Below are positions 52,981 through 64,000 of a stretch of 64,000 nucleotides of DNA, in pieces. The notes beneath the pieces were generated by a model. That model had not been told where the DNA came from and searched no databases. It saw nothing but the letters and a program-made list of their open reading frames with translations. The translations under genes were made by a program, and so were the position numbers. Numbering within the stretch: position 1 is the first letter of the stretch; each line of letters starts with the position of its first letter. This DNA comes from a virus (taxonomy: Duplodnaviria; Caudoviricetes), in the IMG/VR virus record IMGVR_UViG_3300012344_000386, positions 96,001 through 160,000 of that record; one strand, written 5' to 3'.

Positions 52981-53826
52981 GTGAGCACATATGTAACAAG
53001 AGTAATAGAAGTAAGACTTCCAGAGATTGATGGATATGTATGGCAAGAGAAGGATTTAGATAAGTTAGATAAGAAAACACTAAAACCTTGGTCAATTTAT
53101 AAGGTTAATTCAGATTCTGAATATCCATATAGACAATATCATATTGCGCATGAAATAGATGGAATTCCTGAACATTGGATAAAAATGAAAACATGTGATT
53201 ATAAATGGAATTTATTTAAATATTGGGTTCCAAATAATATTCATGACAAAACTGATAAACCTGATTTTTTGGTTGATAAAACAGAATTAAAGAGGAAAAC
53301 ATACTATTATGATAATGGAGGTTCAATAAGAGATGTATATCTTTCTCAATGGTATTCGGATAAGTATAATATTGCAGAGAGAGGAATTCCTGATGATTGT
53401 TCTGAAGAAACAATAAAAGAATTAGATTTAGATGACAAATATATTTATAATAGAACTAATGTATTATTATCAGAATTATGTTCAATATATAATAGGGAAA
53501 TTGAAGAATTCAAGAATAAGATAAAAAATACCATTTTCAATAAGCAACTTAAGACTATAGATGAAAAAGTAGATAAAATATATAGTAAGTTGAATGGTGA
53601 AGATATATCCGAAGATTCATCTACAAATAAAGAAAATAATGATAACATAACATTAGAAGATGATGAAGGATATGATTATGAAGTAAATATCGATACTTTA
53701 TTTGAAGAGGAATTCAATGATATTCAAACATTAAATGATGAGATTACAATTATCCATCATTTGGTTGATGAAACATATGGTTATATATCATCAGAAAACA
53801 TACGCATAAATTATTATTTTTCTTAA
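52981..53826 (+). CDS. Hypothetical protein
   Basis: GTG start, 281 aa; AAAC-N18-TATAAA at 52926-52953. Confidence 0.75.
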   Translation: MSTYVTRVIEVRLPEIDGYVWQEKDLDKLDKKTLKPWSIYKVNSDSEYPYRQYHIAHEIDGIPEHWIKMKTCDYKWNLFKYWVPNNIHDKTDKPDFLVDKTELKRKTYYYDNGGSIRDVYLSQWYSDKYNIAERGIPDDCSEETIKELDLDDKYIYNRTNVLLSELCSIYNREIEEFKNKIKNTIFNKQLKTIDEKVDKIYSKLNGEDISEDSSTNKENNDNITLEDDEGYDYEVNIDTLFEEEFNDIQTLNDEITIIHHLVDETYGYISSENIRINYYFS

Positions 53827-53828
53827 TT

Positions 53829-54428
53829 ATGGATAATACGACAAAACTTATTATTATAGATGGTATGGATAATACAGGTAAGACTACATTAATTAATAGA
53901 CTTACATCTGTATTATAGGATTAGTTAAAAATGAAAATTCATACAATACATCTATAGAAACCACCTTCTGAAATATCAGAAGAAGAGATACCGGAATATT
54001 CGCATAATTATTATACGACAAATCTTGTAAATACATTAAAGTCTTTTTATGATTTAGGAGAATATGATTATATAATATTAGATAGAGGATGGGTATCAGA
54101 ATATGTATACGGACCAATGTATAGGAATAGAGATCCAAAAGATATTGTCGAGGATAATATTGTGATGGATTATAAAATATCTAATATATTTGGGCGGGAA
54201 AATATATATCTTTATGTATTAGTTGGAACATCAAAGTTTCTTATAGCACATGATGATAATATGTCACTATCATAGGCAAATGAAAAACTTCTTATTAAAG
54301 AATTTAATCTATTTCAGAACGCGTTTTATATGTCATTATTAAATAATAAGAAACTTATAAACGTAGATGATACTACTAATTATAGAGAGTACCTTTATGA
54401 GATATTTAATGATATTGTACAATTTTAA
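53829..54428 (+). CDS. tmk: Thymidylate/dNMP kinase, TAG-recoded (199 aa)
   Basis: IIIDGMDNTGKTT P-loop, ILDRGWVSEYVYGPMYR; 4 in-frame TAG; absent from the track. Confidence 0.85.
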
Positions 54429-54493
54429 TATATAAAATATTTTTAGATAATTTTAAATAAAAATAAAACAAATTTAGATAAATAATATATAAA

Positions 54494-54665
54494 ATATAAA
54501 TTAGAACTTCAGGCGTTAAAAAGTAAATAACTCAAAAAATAACGTCAGTTCAATTTATTATATTTTAAGATTTATTATTTTTTAAGTTTAAGTGCACAAA
54601 AAGATTTAAAGTAATTAAAGTTTTAAAGTAAAAGTTAAAAAAGAAAATTAAAGTATTTTAAAGTT
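54494..54665 (+). promoter_or_regulatory. Long SSB 5' leader, candidate autogenous translational operator
   Basis: GAACT..GGCGTT/AACGTC..AGTTC stem, then five TTAAAGT repeats before the ATG; AAAC-N18-TATAAA at 54466-54493. Confidence 0.5.
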
Positions 54666-55802
54666 ATGGCTAACACACAAGGAAAAGATTTACTCGATGA
54701 GTTATTTAACGCAGCTCCTACAATTTAGGTAGAGCAACAGCAAATTATTGAATGGAAACCTGCAGCTAAGAAGGGTCAGGGACAGGTTTATGATGCAGTA
54801 ATTCGCTTTATTCCAAATCCAGAGGATCCTTCAAATAAATCTATCGTTTCTAAGAATACAGTATTCCTTAAGAATCCTTTGACAAATGCACAGATGGAAG
54901 TTGATTGTCCATCTACAATTGGTCAACCAGATATTCTACAGGATACATTCTTTGCACTTCGTAATAGTGAGAATCCTGTTCTTAAAGAAAATTCAAAGCA
55001 TTTTTCACGTCGTCAGCGTTATGCTTCACTTGTACAGATTCTTTCATGTAAGTCAGAACCTCAGTTGGTAGGTAAGATTCTTGTATGGCGTTATGGTATC
55101 AAGATTCATGAGAAGATTTACAATGAGATGAATCCACCTATGGGAACTCCAAGAAATCCATTTAATATGTTTGTTGGACGTCCATTTTATGTAAAGTGTA
55201 AGTTGGTGTCTAATTTCAATAACTTTGATGATTCACAGTTTATTGATCTTCAACCAGCAGATGGCGCTCTTCGTATTCAGGTTAAGAATGCACAAGGTCA
55301 GGAGACATGGCAACCAATTACTCAGCAAGTAATTGAATCAAATCCAGATATTAAACCTACAATTCTTACATATCTTAAGGAGAATTGTCCTTCACTTGAA
55401 CCTTATGAGTATCATGCATGGACACAGGAAACAACTAATTTTGTTAATTCATGTATTAAGATTTATACAAATCCTCAGGCTTCAATGCAAGCTGCAACCG
55501 GTATGCAACCAGCAGCAATGTCTACAGCAAATCCTTATATGCAACCAGCTATGCAACCGCAGGTAAGTCCAGGAATTCCGGCAAATCCTATTCCATCTGC
55601 ACCAGCAACAGGTCTTGAAATGGGTAGTGATGCTACATCAATGAATCAGACAACTCCTGGTGGTTTTAATGCTGCTAATATTCCTGGTGTAGGTACAGGA
55701 GAACTTGATTCTATTTTGAATGCAGGTGCACCAGCTCCATCAGCTCCTACAAATCCAGCAGCAGGAATGAGTCTTGATGATGTTCTTGGAGGTATTATGT
55801 AA
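54666..55802 (+). CDS. gp32: Single-stranded DNA-binding protein (T4 gp32-like), one TAG at codon 21
   Basis: AVIRFIP, DCPSTIG, ILVWRYGIKIHEKI, NPFNMFVGRPF, NFDDSQF; C-terminus LDDVLGGIM. Confidence 0.85.
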
Positions 55803-55929
55803 TTTATTATAGCTTAAATATAAGATAGCATCTAAGATTAGAAATTAATTTTAGATGCTATTATTTTCTAAACAAATTAATAAAAAACATATATAATATA
55901 TAAAATAAAAATTAACGTAATTTAATATT

Positions 55930-56904
55930 ATGGCAAAGAAAAAGTAGTCAAGCGAAGATTTTGAAGGTGGTATTGGTTCATTAATGTCAATGGTAAGTAG
56001 TATAGATGATCAAGCTGAAATTATTGCAGATTCAGCGTATTCAAATATAAAAGAATGGATTTCAACAGGTAATTATATTTTAAATGCATGTATGAGTGGT
56101 GACATATATAAAGCTATTCCGACTGGTCGTATTATAACATTTTCAGGAACATCTGGTTCTGGTAAATCTTTTTTAGCATGTTCATGTTGTAGGGAAGCTC
56201 AAAAATTAGGTTATATTCCAATTTATCTTGATTCTGAAGGTGCAATAGATTCTGATTTTGTTAGGCGTCTTGGAGTAGATCCATCTAAATTAATTATTAA
56301 AAAAGTTAATACAATTATGGAGACAAGCCAATTTATTGCAAATTTATGTGATAAATTGCAAGAACAACAAGATAAGTATGGTCAACATGATAAAGTTATT
56401 ATTGTATTGGATTCTCTCGGAAATTTAACATCTGAAAAGGAACGTGAAGATACATTGTCAGGTTCACAAAAAGCAGATTTTACAAAAGCAAAAGATACTA
56501 AAGCAATGTTTAGAGTTTGTGCTACTCCAATTGCAAAATTGCAAATTCCTTGGATTGTAGTGAACCATGTATATCAATCTATGTCATTTATTCCTCAGAA
56601 TATACAAGCAATGGGTTGTTTACGACCAGATGAAAAAATTATTACAAATAATGGAATTAAACAAATGAAAGATGTTGTTGTTGGAGATAAAGTATTGTCA
56701 CATGATGGTGAATATCATGATGTAGAGAAACTTTGGCATTTTAAAAAACCGACATATACATTTACATTTGATAATGGAGAGACTATTACATGTTCAAATA
56801 CACATAGATTTCTTATTAATCCTGATAAACCAGAGTTGGATAGCTCATGGAAAATAGTTTCAGAATTAAATGAAAATGATGAAATTTATGCAATTTCTGA
56901 ATAA
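55930..56904 (+). CDS. uvsX: UvsX/RecA N-terminal part + split intein N-fragment (Cys230 to end)
   Basis: TAG at codon 6; ISTGN, GTSGSGKS, LDSEGA, VLDSLG, VNHVY; IntN CLRPDEKI..CSNTHRF from 56617, true TAA stop. Confidence 0.92.
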
Positions 56905-56989
56905 TACCATAAAATATTTTTTAATTTTGATTATTTTTACTTTATATATGAATAAATATTATAAGGTATAAAATAATCAAAAATTTGAA

Positions 56990-58381
56990 ATGTTTAATAT
57001 GAAAAAAGTAGAAATAAATGTATTTGATATAAATGAGTTTATATAGTTTATAAACAAATATAATAAGTTTTATAATTTTAATATTAATACAAATAATACA
57101 TAGTATATTAATAAGTTACAATAGTTATTTAGTGAAAATAAAGTATATGGCTCTCAAGAAATAATAGATATATTATTAAATTATTTAAAGAATATTACAA
57201 ATAAACATAAAAATACAACATTTTTATATTGGGATGTTAGAGGATATTCATTTGATGAATATAAAAAAATTATATTAAATAAGTATAAAAAGACAGTTGT
57301 ATATTTTAATAAAGATGATATATTTAATTCATTCATTAAAGATAATAAATATTCATTTAATTTGAATAATATTTCTTTTATTAAAAGATTTATAAATTTC
57401 ATAACATTTTCTGATTTTATAACAGAACGAGATATTAATGATTAGTTAATGATTTGGTGTAAACAATATTATCCTGATAAGTAGAATAAAGGATATATTA
57501 AAAGTAGTAAATCGTTTTATTTAGCACGAGGATATAGTGATACTGAAGCAGAATCAATTATACGAGAATCAAATAAAAATAGATCACCGCGTTGTGTTGA
57601 ATATTGGTTAAATAAAGGTTATACATTAGAAGACGCAAAAATAGAAGTAAGTAAAGTTCAATAGAATAATTCAACATGTTCTAAAAGCACAACAAAATAT
57701 TGGTTAAATTTAGGGCTAACTATAGAGGATGCAAAAAAGAAAGCTTCATATTATGCAAAAGAACATAGTGTATGGACGTTTAATTATTGGAAGAAGTTAG
57801 GATATTCTGATGATGAAGCTAAATTAAAAGTGCATGAAATTAATCCATCATGTGAGGAATATAAAGGTTATAAATCATATGAAGATTATTTAAAGAAAAA
57901 AGAATTACAATCAAATTTAGCAAAAAATATTTGGAAAAATTGGAAACATAGTGATAACTTTTTATGTAAAATAAAAGGTGGCTGGATGACAAATATATCA
58001 GAATCAGAAAATAGATGTTTTGAATTTTTACAAAAATATATCGATAAGAAAATCATTCATAAACCATATATAGTAATAATTCCAGATGAAATATCAGATA
58101 AAACACGAAATAAAATATTTTATGCATGTGATGGGTATTTAGAATATAAAGGTAAAATAATTATATTTGAATATGATGGTGGACAAGGTGTATTTCATTA
58201 GGAAGAATTGGATAAGCAAAGAGATAATGATATTTTATTAATAGATAATAATGTATTAGGTATTGTTAGAATTTCAGAAACAGTTTTTAAATATTTAGAA
58301 TATAAAAAAATAACGCAATATATAAATGATGAAATATAGAAAGTTAAAGATTGTAAAGAAGATATAGTCAGAATTAAGTGA
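56990..58381 (+). CDS. Vsr-like (EDxHD-type) homing endonuclease inside fractured uvsX, TAG-recoded (463 aa)
   Basis: YWxxxGYxxEEA repeats; CDGY..IIFEYDG..FH..DKQRD; AATAAATA at 56951-56958. Confidence 0.8.
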
Positions 58382-59063
58382 GGATGTAATAGATTTAACA
58401 GTTAAAGACACACATAATTATGTTTCTGCAAATGGTATTATAAATCATAATTCAGGTATTGTATATAATGCATCAATTACAATTGAATTAAGTGCTGCTA
58501 AACTGGAAGATAAAGAGAATGATTCAGCTGCAAAATCAAGACAAGGTTCTGATGCAGGTACAAAGAATGGTGTTTTAGTTACAGCAAAACCAGTTAAGTC
58601 TCGTTTTTGCAGACCAATTAAAGTGAAATTTCAAATTCCATATTTTAAAAAACCTAACCCATATGTTGGTTTGGAACAATTTATGACATGGGACAATTCA
58701 GGTGTTTGTAGAGGAAATTTACTTACGCAAAAAGAATATGATAAATTATCAGATTCAGATAAAAAGAAAGTATATACATGGACAACAGATGATGGTGAAA
58801 CACATTATTGTTTACCGAAAGATACAGCAAGGTATATTGTAGTAAAACATCTTAATGAACAAGTTCCTTTTACTGAATTTTGGTCTGATAAGGTATTTAC
58901 ACCAGAATATCTTGATTATATAAATGAGCATGTTATTCACCCAATGTTCCAATTACCAGATCAATCTGCATTTGATGATGTTAAAGATTTGGAGGAAACA
59001 ATGGGTATTTCAGATGAAAATGATAATGATGAAGATCCTATAAAAGAAGCAAGTATTAATTAA
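58326..59063 (+). CDS. uvsX: Split intein C-fragment (42 aa) + UvsX/RecA C-terminal part
   Basis: MMKYRKLKIVKKI(TAG)SELSEDVIDLTVKDTHNYVSANGIINHN/SGIVYNASI..KSRF..PYVGL. Confidence 0.9.
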
Positions 59064-59069
59064 TATATT

Positions 59070-59115
59070 AATGAGGTAAATAGTTTTAATTCTGTTAAAA
59101 ACTATTTACCTCATT
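59070..59115. terminator. Intrinsic terminator overlapping a middle promoter (59099-59126)
   Basis: AATGAGGTAAATAGTTTT/AAAACTATTTACCTCATT. Confidence 0.7.
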
Positions 59116-59154
59116 TTTTATATAATTAAAAATAATAATAATTTATTATTAGAT

Positions 59155-60375
59155 ATGATTATTAATGATGACTACATAAAAGAAAAATTTATAACAAAAA
59201 AGAATTAGTTAGCAAAAAATTATACAAGATTATCTTGGTTAAATAAACATCAAGATATTTATGATTATTTAATTAATAGATATAATGATAGCGAATCTAT
59301 ATAGGAGACAATATACCGTATTGTAAATAAAATAGAAATAAGACCAGTATGTGAAACATGTGGGAAACCTGTGAGATTTAATTGTTATAGTAGAGGATTT
59401 CGTAAATTTTGTTCAAATTCACGATGTGTAATGAATTCAGTTAATGTATAGAATAAAATAAAAAATACATTAAAAGAACGATATGGTGTTGAACATCAAA
59501 TGTAGTTAAAATCAGTTAAAGATAAAATAAAACAAACATGTTTAGAAAAATATGGAGTTTCATCATATACAAAAACATCGGAATATTTATAGAAGACAAA
59601 AGAAACTAATTTAGAACGATATGGTGTAGAATTTTCAGGATAGAATGAAGAAGTTAAATAGAAATCAATTAATACATGTTTAAAAAAATATGGGTGTAAA
59701 TATAGTTTTTAGTCAGATAATAATAAAGAAAAATCAAGAGAAACTGTTATTAAAAAATATGGCGTTGATAACCCTGCAAAAAATGAAGAAATAAAAAACA
59801 AAATTAAAGAAACAAAATTAGAATTATATGGGGATCCAACATTTAATAATAAAGAAAAGACAAAAGAAACTGTTATTAAAAAATATGGTTCATTAGAAAA
59901 TTTTCATCAATATTAGTTTGATCAATATGTAAAAACAATAAAGAAAAAATATAAAGATAATTTTGGTATGTCAAAACCAGAATATCAAACATATGAATAT
60001 TTACAAACAATATTTGATAAAGATGATATATAGTTTAATGTAAATGTTGATGAGCGTTATCCATTCCATGTAGATTTCTATATAAAACCATTAGATTTAT
60101 TTATAGAGATAAACGCATTTTGGACACATGGGAAACATTTATTTGATGAAGATAATAAAGATGATATTGATTTATTAAATAAGTGGAAACAAAAAGCAGA
60201 AATATCAAAACAATATAAATCTGCTGTAAATGTTTGGTCAATCATTGATCCTTTTAAATGTCAAACTGCGAAAATGAATAATCTGAATTATCTTCCTATA
60301 TGGAGCAATAAGATAGAAATAATAAAAACTATAATAAATGAATATTTAGAAAATAATAAAAGAGAATGTATATAA
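59155..60375 (+). CDS. Free-standing homing endonuclease (Zn finger, KYGV repeats, Vsr-like), TAG-recoded (406 aa)
   Basis: CETCG..FCSNSRC, many xKYGV repeats, YPFHVDFY..IEINAFWTHG; paralog of 22215..23387; absent from the track. Confidence 0.85.
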
Positions 60376-60382
60376 ATTTAAA

Positions 60383-62041
60383 TTATACATTCTCTTTCTC
60401 ATATATTAAATATCCTGAATAACATTTCATATAATCTTCTAATGAATCAGAATCATCTAATTTCAATAATTGATTAACTTCTTTCTTATTAATTCTATGT
60501 TCAGTTGTTCTATAATTATAATAATTCAGATTAAATTTTAATTTATCACTATTTAATTTGAATCCTAATTTTTCATATAATTTATTATTTTCAATTTCTA
60601 AATCACAATATGTTATCAATTTATTAAATTTATAATTATTAAAAAAATAATATAATAATAATTTTTCAGAATTTATAACATATAAATTATCTTTATAACA
60701 TATTTGATTTAATGTATAATTATTATCATTATTATTTGAAAATGTCATAACAAATAATAATTTATCATCCTTAAATAAACCTAAATTTATATTAGATATA
60801 ATATATTTTTTAATTGAGTTATTATTAATAAATGACTTACATATATCAATATCTATTTCTCTAATAACAGTATCATTTGAAAATAATTTCTTTTCTAAAT
60901 TGCAACTTCTTAATATGATATTTTCTATCTTATCAATGTTATAATGAATATCGTCTTCCCAAAAAGTTAACATCTATATATCAGTTTTGGATAATAGTTC
61001 ATATTTAACTTTAAATCTATTTTTACCGTTTATCCCTGAATGCCAATAAATCCCATTACATTCTATTGCTACTTTATAAGCAGGTAAATAAAAGTCTAAT
61101 TCCCTTGGTGATATTATATACCTAACATGTTGCGTAAATTTTATATTATGTTTCTCTAATATTAACCTAATTTTATATTCTATAGAAGTCTCCATATTTT
61201 TTTCAGGATTACAAATAGGACACATAATTATATCTTTTCCTTGTCTATTAAAGAATGTATATTTTTTAATTTTAAATGGATTATGTAAATTACATTGATT
61301 ATATACAAGAAATTCATTTTTATTTTCTGTATATTTAATTTTATATCCACGGTTTAACCATTTATTTTCTATAGTTTTATGCTTATTATTTAATTTTATG
61401 TTAACATTATTTTCATTCTTATTTGCACATTCATTTGAACAATAATGCCTGAATCCTTCACTAAATCTATAAAAGTTAACATATTTCCCACATGTTGGAC
61501 ATCGAGGAGATTTATCTATATGATATTTCATTCTATATATAATTTCTTGAATAATAGATTTATTTTTCTGTAAATCGTCATATCTATTCATCATATAATC
61601 ATATATACCAAATTGCTTAAGTTTTTTATTCTTACAATATTCTGAAACTAATCTATTGTCTTTAATCATTAAATTCAATACATAATTATCATCTATATCA
61701 TCTTTTTGTTTTACATTTGTTAATTTATGTATTTTATTTGGATCATTTAAAGAACATTTATAAGAACAATATTGATTATATCCATATAAGAATCCTCTAA
61801 ATTGTAAAGGTATTTCATTACCACAAGTATTACAATGTAACTGTAAATTATCCGGTAATTTATAATATATCCTATATATAATTTCTTGAATATTATCTAT
61901 GGTTTTAAATCTATTAATTAAATACTCATATAAACCATGATCTTTTAACCATGTTTCTTTTATTCTACATGTATTTAATTGTATTTTATTATGTCTAAAT
62001 ACTGTTAACTTATCTATTATAATTTGATCTGTAATTTCCAT
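60383..62041 (-). CDS. Free-standing homing endonuclease (two Zn-finger repeats + Vsr-like), TAG-recoded (552 aa)
   Basis: Track ORFs 60974..62041 and 60383..60973 are joined by one TAG; ELDFYLP..AIECNGIYWHS..FWEDD. Confidence 0.85.
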
Positions 62042-62045
62042 ATAT

Positions 62046-62106
62046 CTTATATTAAATATTGTTAATAATGTTTTTAATAAACAAATAGAATTTTTATTTG
62101 TATAAT
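62046..62106. promoter_or_regulatory. Divergent middle promoters AAAC-N18-TATAAG (-) and AAAC-N18-TATAAT (+)
   Basis: 62046-62073 (-) and 62079-62106 (+). Confidence 0.6.
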
Positions 62107-62130
62107 AATTAAATCGTTAATTAGAATAAA

Positions 62131-62943
62131 ATGGAAGAACAACATAAGAATTATAAATTTTGCCAAGTAGACCCTGAGAATTGCAGTATTGAAGAACTTG
62201 AAAAAGAAGTAGAAAGATTAAAAAATTTAGGGGATTTTTATGAGACTAAACAGTTAGCGTTAAAGAAATTTATCAATAGTGTTTATGGAGCAACTGCGAG
62301 CAAGTATTTCATTGCGCATAACACAGCAGTTGCAGAGTCTATTACTCTTCAGGGTCAGGATTTGAACCATTATTCTGAGAATTCTGTTAACGCGTATTTC
62401 AGTGGTATATTTCAGAATGATACAGAATTGCATAAGAAACTTGGTATTGATTCGGAGAAAGCAAAACGAGTAAGTATCGCAAAAGGTAAGACAACTGAAA
62501 CAGGTACGTTGGACGGACCCGAGTTTTCGTATCTTGATGGAAACCAATCACTAACTGTAGCGGGGGATACGGATTCGCAAACTGCTGATACTCAAGTAGT
62601 TATAGATAATAAAGTATTTTCAATGGAAGGCTTTTTTACTAAAGCAAAATATGAAAATGACGATGTTGTTATAAAATTACAAAATGGGTCTGAAGTCATT
62701 CCTGTACATAATCACGATACATTATCATATAAGGATCATGATTATAAAACTATTACACGACCGATTAATTATATAATGAGACATAAAGTAACTAAAGATA
62801 AGTTTAGGTTAAAAACTAAATCCGGTAAAGAGCTTATAGTTACAGGTGATCATAGTATAATGGTTATACGAAATAATGAATTAATATCTGTTCCTGCAAG
62901 AGAAATAAAAAAATCTGATAAAATTATAACATTAGATAGATAA
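62131..62943 (+). CDS. gp43: Family B DNA polymerase internal fragment (motif B to motif C) + split intein N-fragment (Ser149 to end)
   Basis: KKFINSVYG, ITLQGQ, VAGDTD; then SQTADT..VTGDHSIMV, true TAA stop. Confidence 0.9.
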   Translation: MEEQHKNYKFCQVDPENCSIEELEKEVERLKNLGDFYETKQLALKKFINSVYGATASKYFIAHNTAVAESITLQGQDLNHYSENSVNAYFSGIFQNDTELHKKLGIDSEKAKRVSIAKGKTTETGTLDGPEFSYLDGNQSLTVAGDTDSQTADTQVVIDNKVFSMEGFFTKAKYENDDVVIKLQNGSEVIPVHNHDTLSYKDHDYKTITRPINYIMRHKVTKDKFRLKTKSGKELIVTGDHSIMVIRNNELISVPAREIKKSDKIITLDR

Positions 62944-64000
62944 TGAAATATTTAAGTGAATAGAACGTAGTTCAATATTGTAAAGATAATAATATAGATC
63001 CATCAATATGTTATTGTAAAGAATGTGGTAAATTTCTTATATATGATAATGGTACATTTCATATAAACTCAAAAACACATAAAATAGTATGTGATAATAA
63101 TAAGTTATCATTTTTAAGTACTAGAAATTATAATGGTAATGAATATCATTTATGTAGGTGTTATGATTGTGTATGCAAGAAATTTCCAAATTTTAAAGAT
63201 GTAAAATTTAAATTTGCGCATAAAGCTGCAAAATATACGTAGTATGGATTTGGAGTACCTGATAAGGATTTCAACCCTGTAGCAAAAGAAAGACAATGTG
63301 TTACCAAAGAAAAAATGATTAAACGATATGGAAAAGATATAGGATTAGAAAAATGGAATTCATATTGTAATAAACAATCAGTTACAAATACATATGAATA
63401 TAAACATGAAAAATATGGTATGTCTCAAGATAAATTTGATGAATACAATAAATCTAGAGCGGTAACAAAGGAAAATCTTATTAAAAGACATGGTGAAATA
63501 GATGGTTTAAAAATATGGAATGCTTATATCGAACGTCAGAGATATACATGTACATTAGATTATTTTATCGAAGAATACGGTAAAGAAGATGGAACACAAA
63601 AATATAATGAATTTGTAGAAAAACGTTCAGAACAATATTATTTAATAGGTAATAAGTCAAATATATCATTAGAGTTATTTTCTCATTTAAAAGAATATTA
63701 TAAAGATAATGATACTTATATAGAATATACAGTTAAGTTATTAAATAATAATTTTTATCATGTAGATTATTACGATAAATCATTAAATATTGTTATAGAA
63801 TTTTATGGAGATTTTTATTATTTTAATCCAAAGAAATATAATGCTAATGAAACAAATTATTTTATATTAAGAAACGGACGTTCAGTTAAAGATAAATGGA
63901 ATCATGATAGAGAAAGAATTGAAGATATTCAACAGACATTGAATTGCAAGGTTATAATAGTTTGGGAATCTACATATAAAAATGATAAGAAAGGAACTAT
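62943..64000 (+). CDS. Vsr-like homing endonuclease inside fractured polB, TAG-recoded, truncated by the window edge
   Basis: TAATG overlap; xxYGxxxGxxKW repeats; VDYYD..IVIEFYGDFY..DRER..IVWES. Confidence 0.8.

Noticed and set aside
56905-58325. Group I intron in uvsX
   Set aside because: No P/Q/R/S core; flanks carry clear intein N and C motifs with their own stop and start.
6241-62547. Short antisense or alternate-frame track ORFs (e.g. 6241, 7494, 8853, 9167, 10836, 11691, 16156, 17716, 25854, 30330, 45176, 53902, 57181, 62260)
   Set aside because: They shadow longer, motif-supported genes once TAG is read as sense.

Overview
An AT-rich (roughly 25% GC by eye) 64-kb segment of a very large T4-like myophage that reads TAG as a sense codon, probably Gln (code 15). 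Many fragments in the supplied ORF track join into long genes once TAG is read through, and no well-supported gene ends in TAG. Recoding, gene content and ten copies of the Bacteroidota sigma-A -7 box (TAnnTTTG) fit a Lak-type megaphage of Prevotella/Bacteroidales; this is an inference, as no database was searched. Core genes: two type II topoisomerase subunits, FolD, fused DHFR-thymidylate synthase, a dNMP kinase, gp32-like SSB, UvsX/RecA, a PolB fragment, baseplate-hub-like genes and five Vsr-like endonucleases. Highlights: (1) uvsX and polB are both fractured genes, with split inteins interrupted by free-standing endonucleases; (2) a TAG-free early TonB receptor + PnuC + NadR set that could import NAD precursors; (3) a 1.4-kb array of stem-closed, partly tRNA-like non-coding RNAs; (4) three promoter classes, including a fixed-spacing AAAC-N18-TATAAT motif, that track TAG usage; (5) shared L/I-x-E leader peptides on late proteins, including a nucleotidyltransferase fused to an exported domain; (6) a candidate +1 frameshift, paired inverted-repeat elements and an origin-like repeat region. 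All translations and alignments were done by eye.
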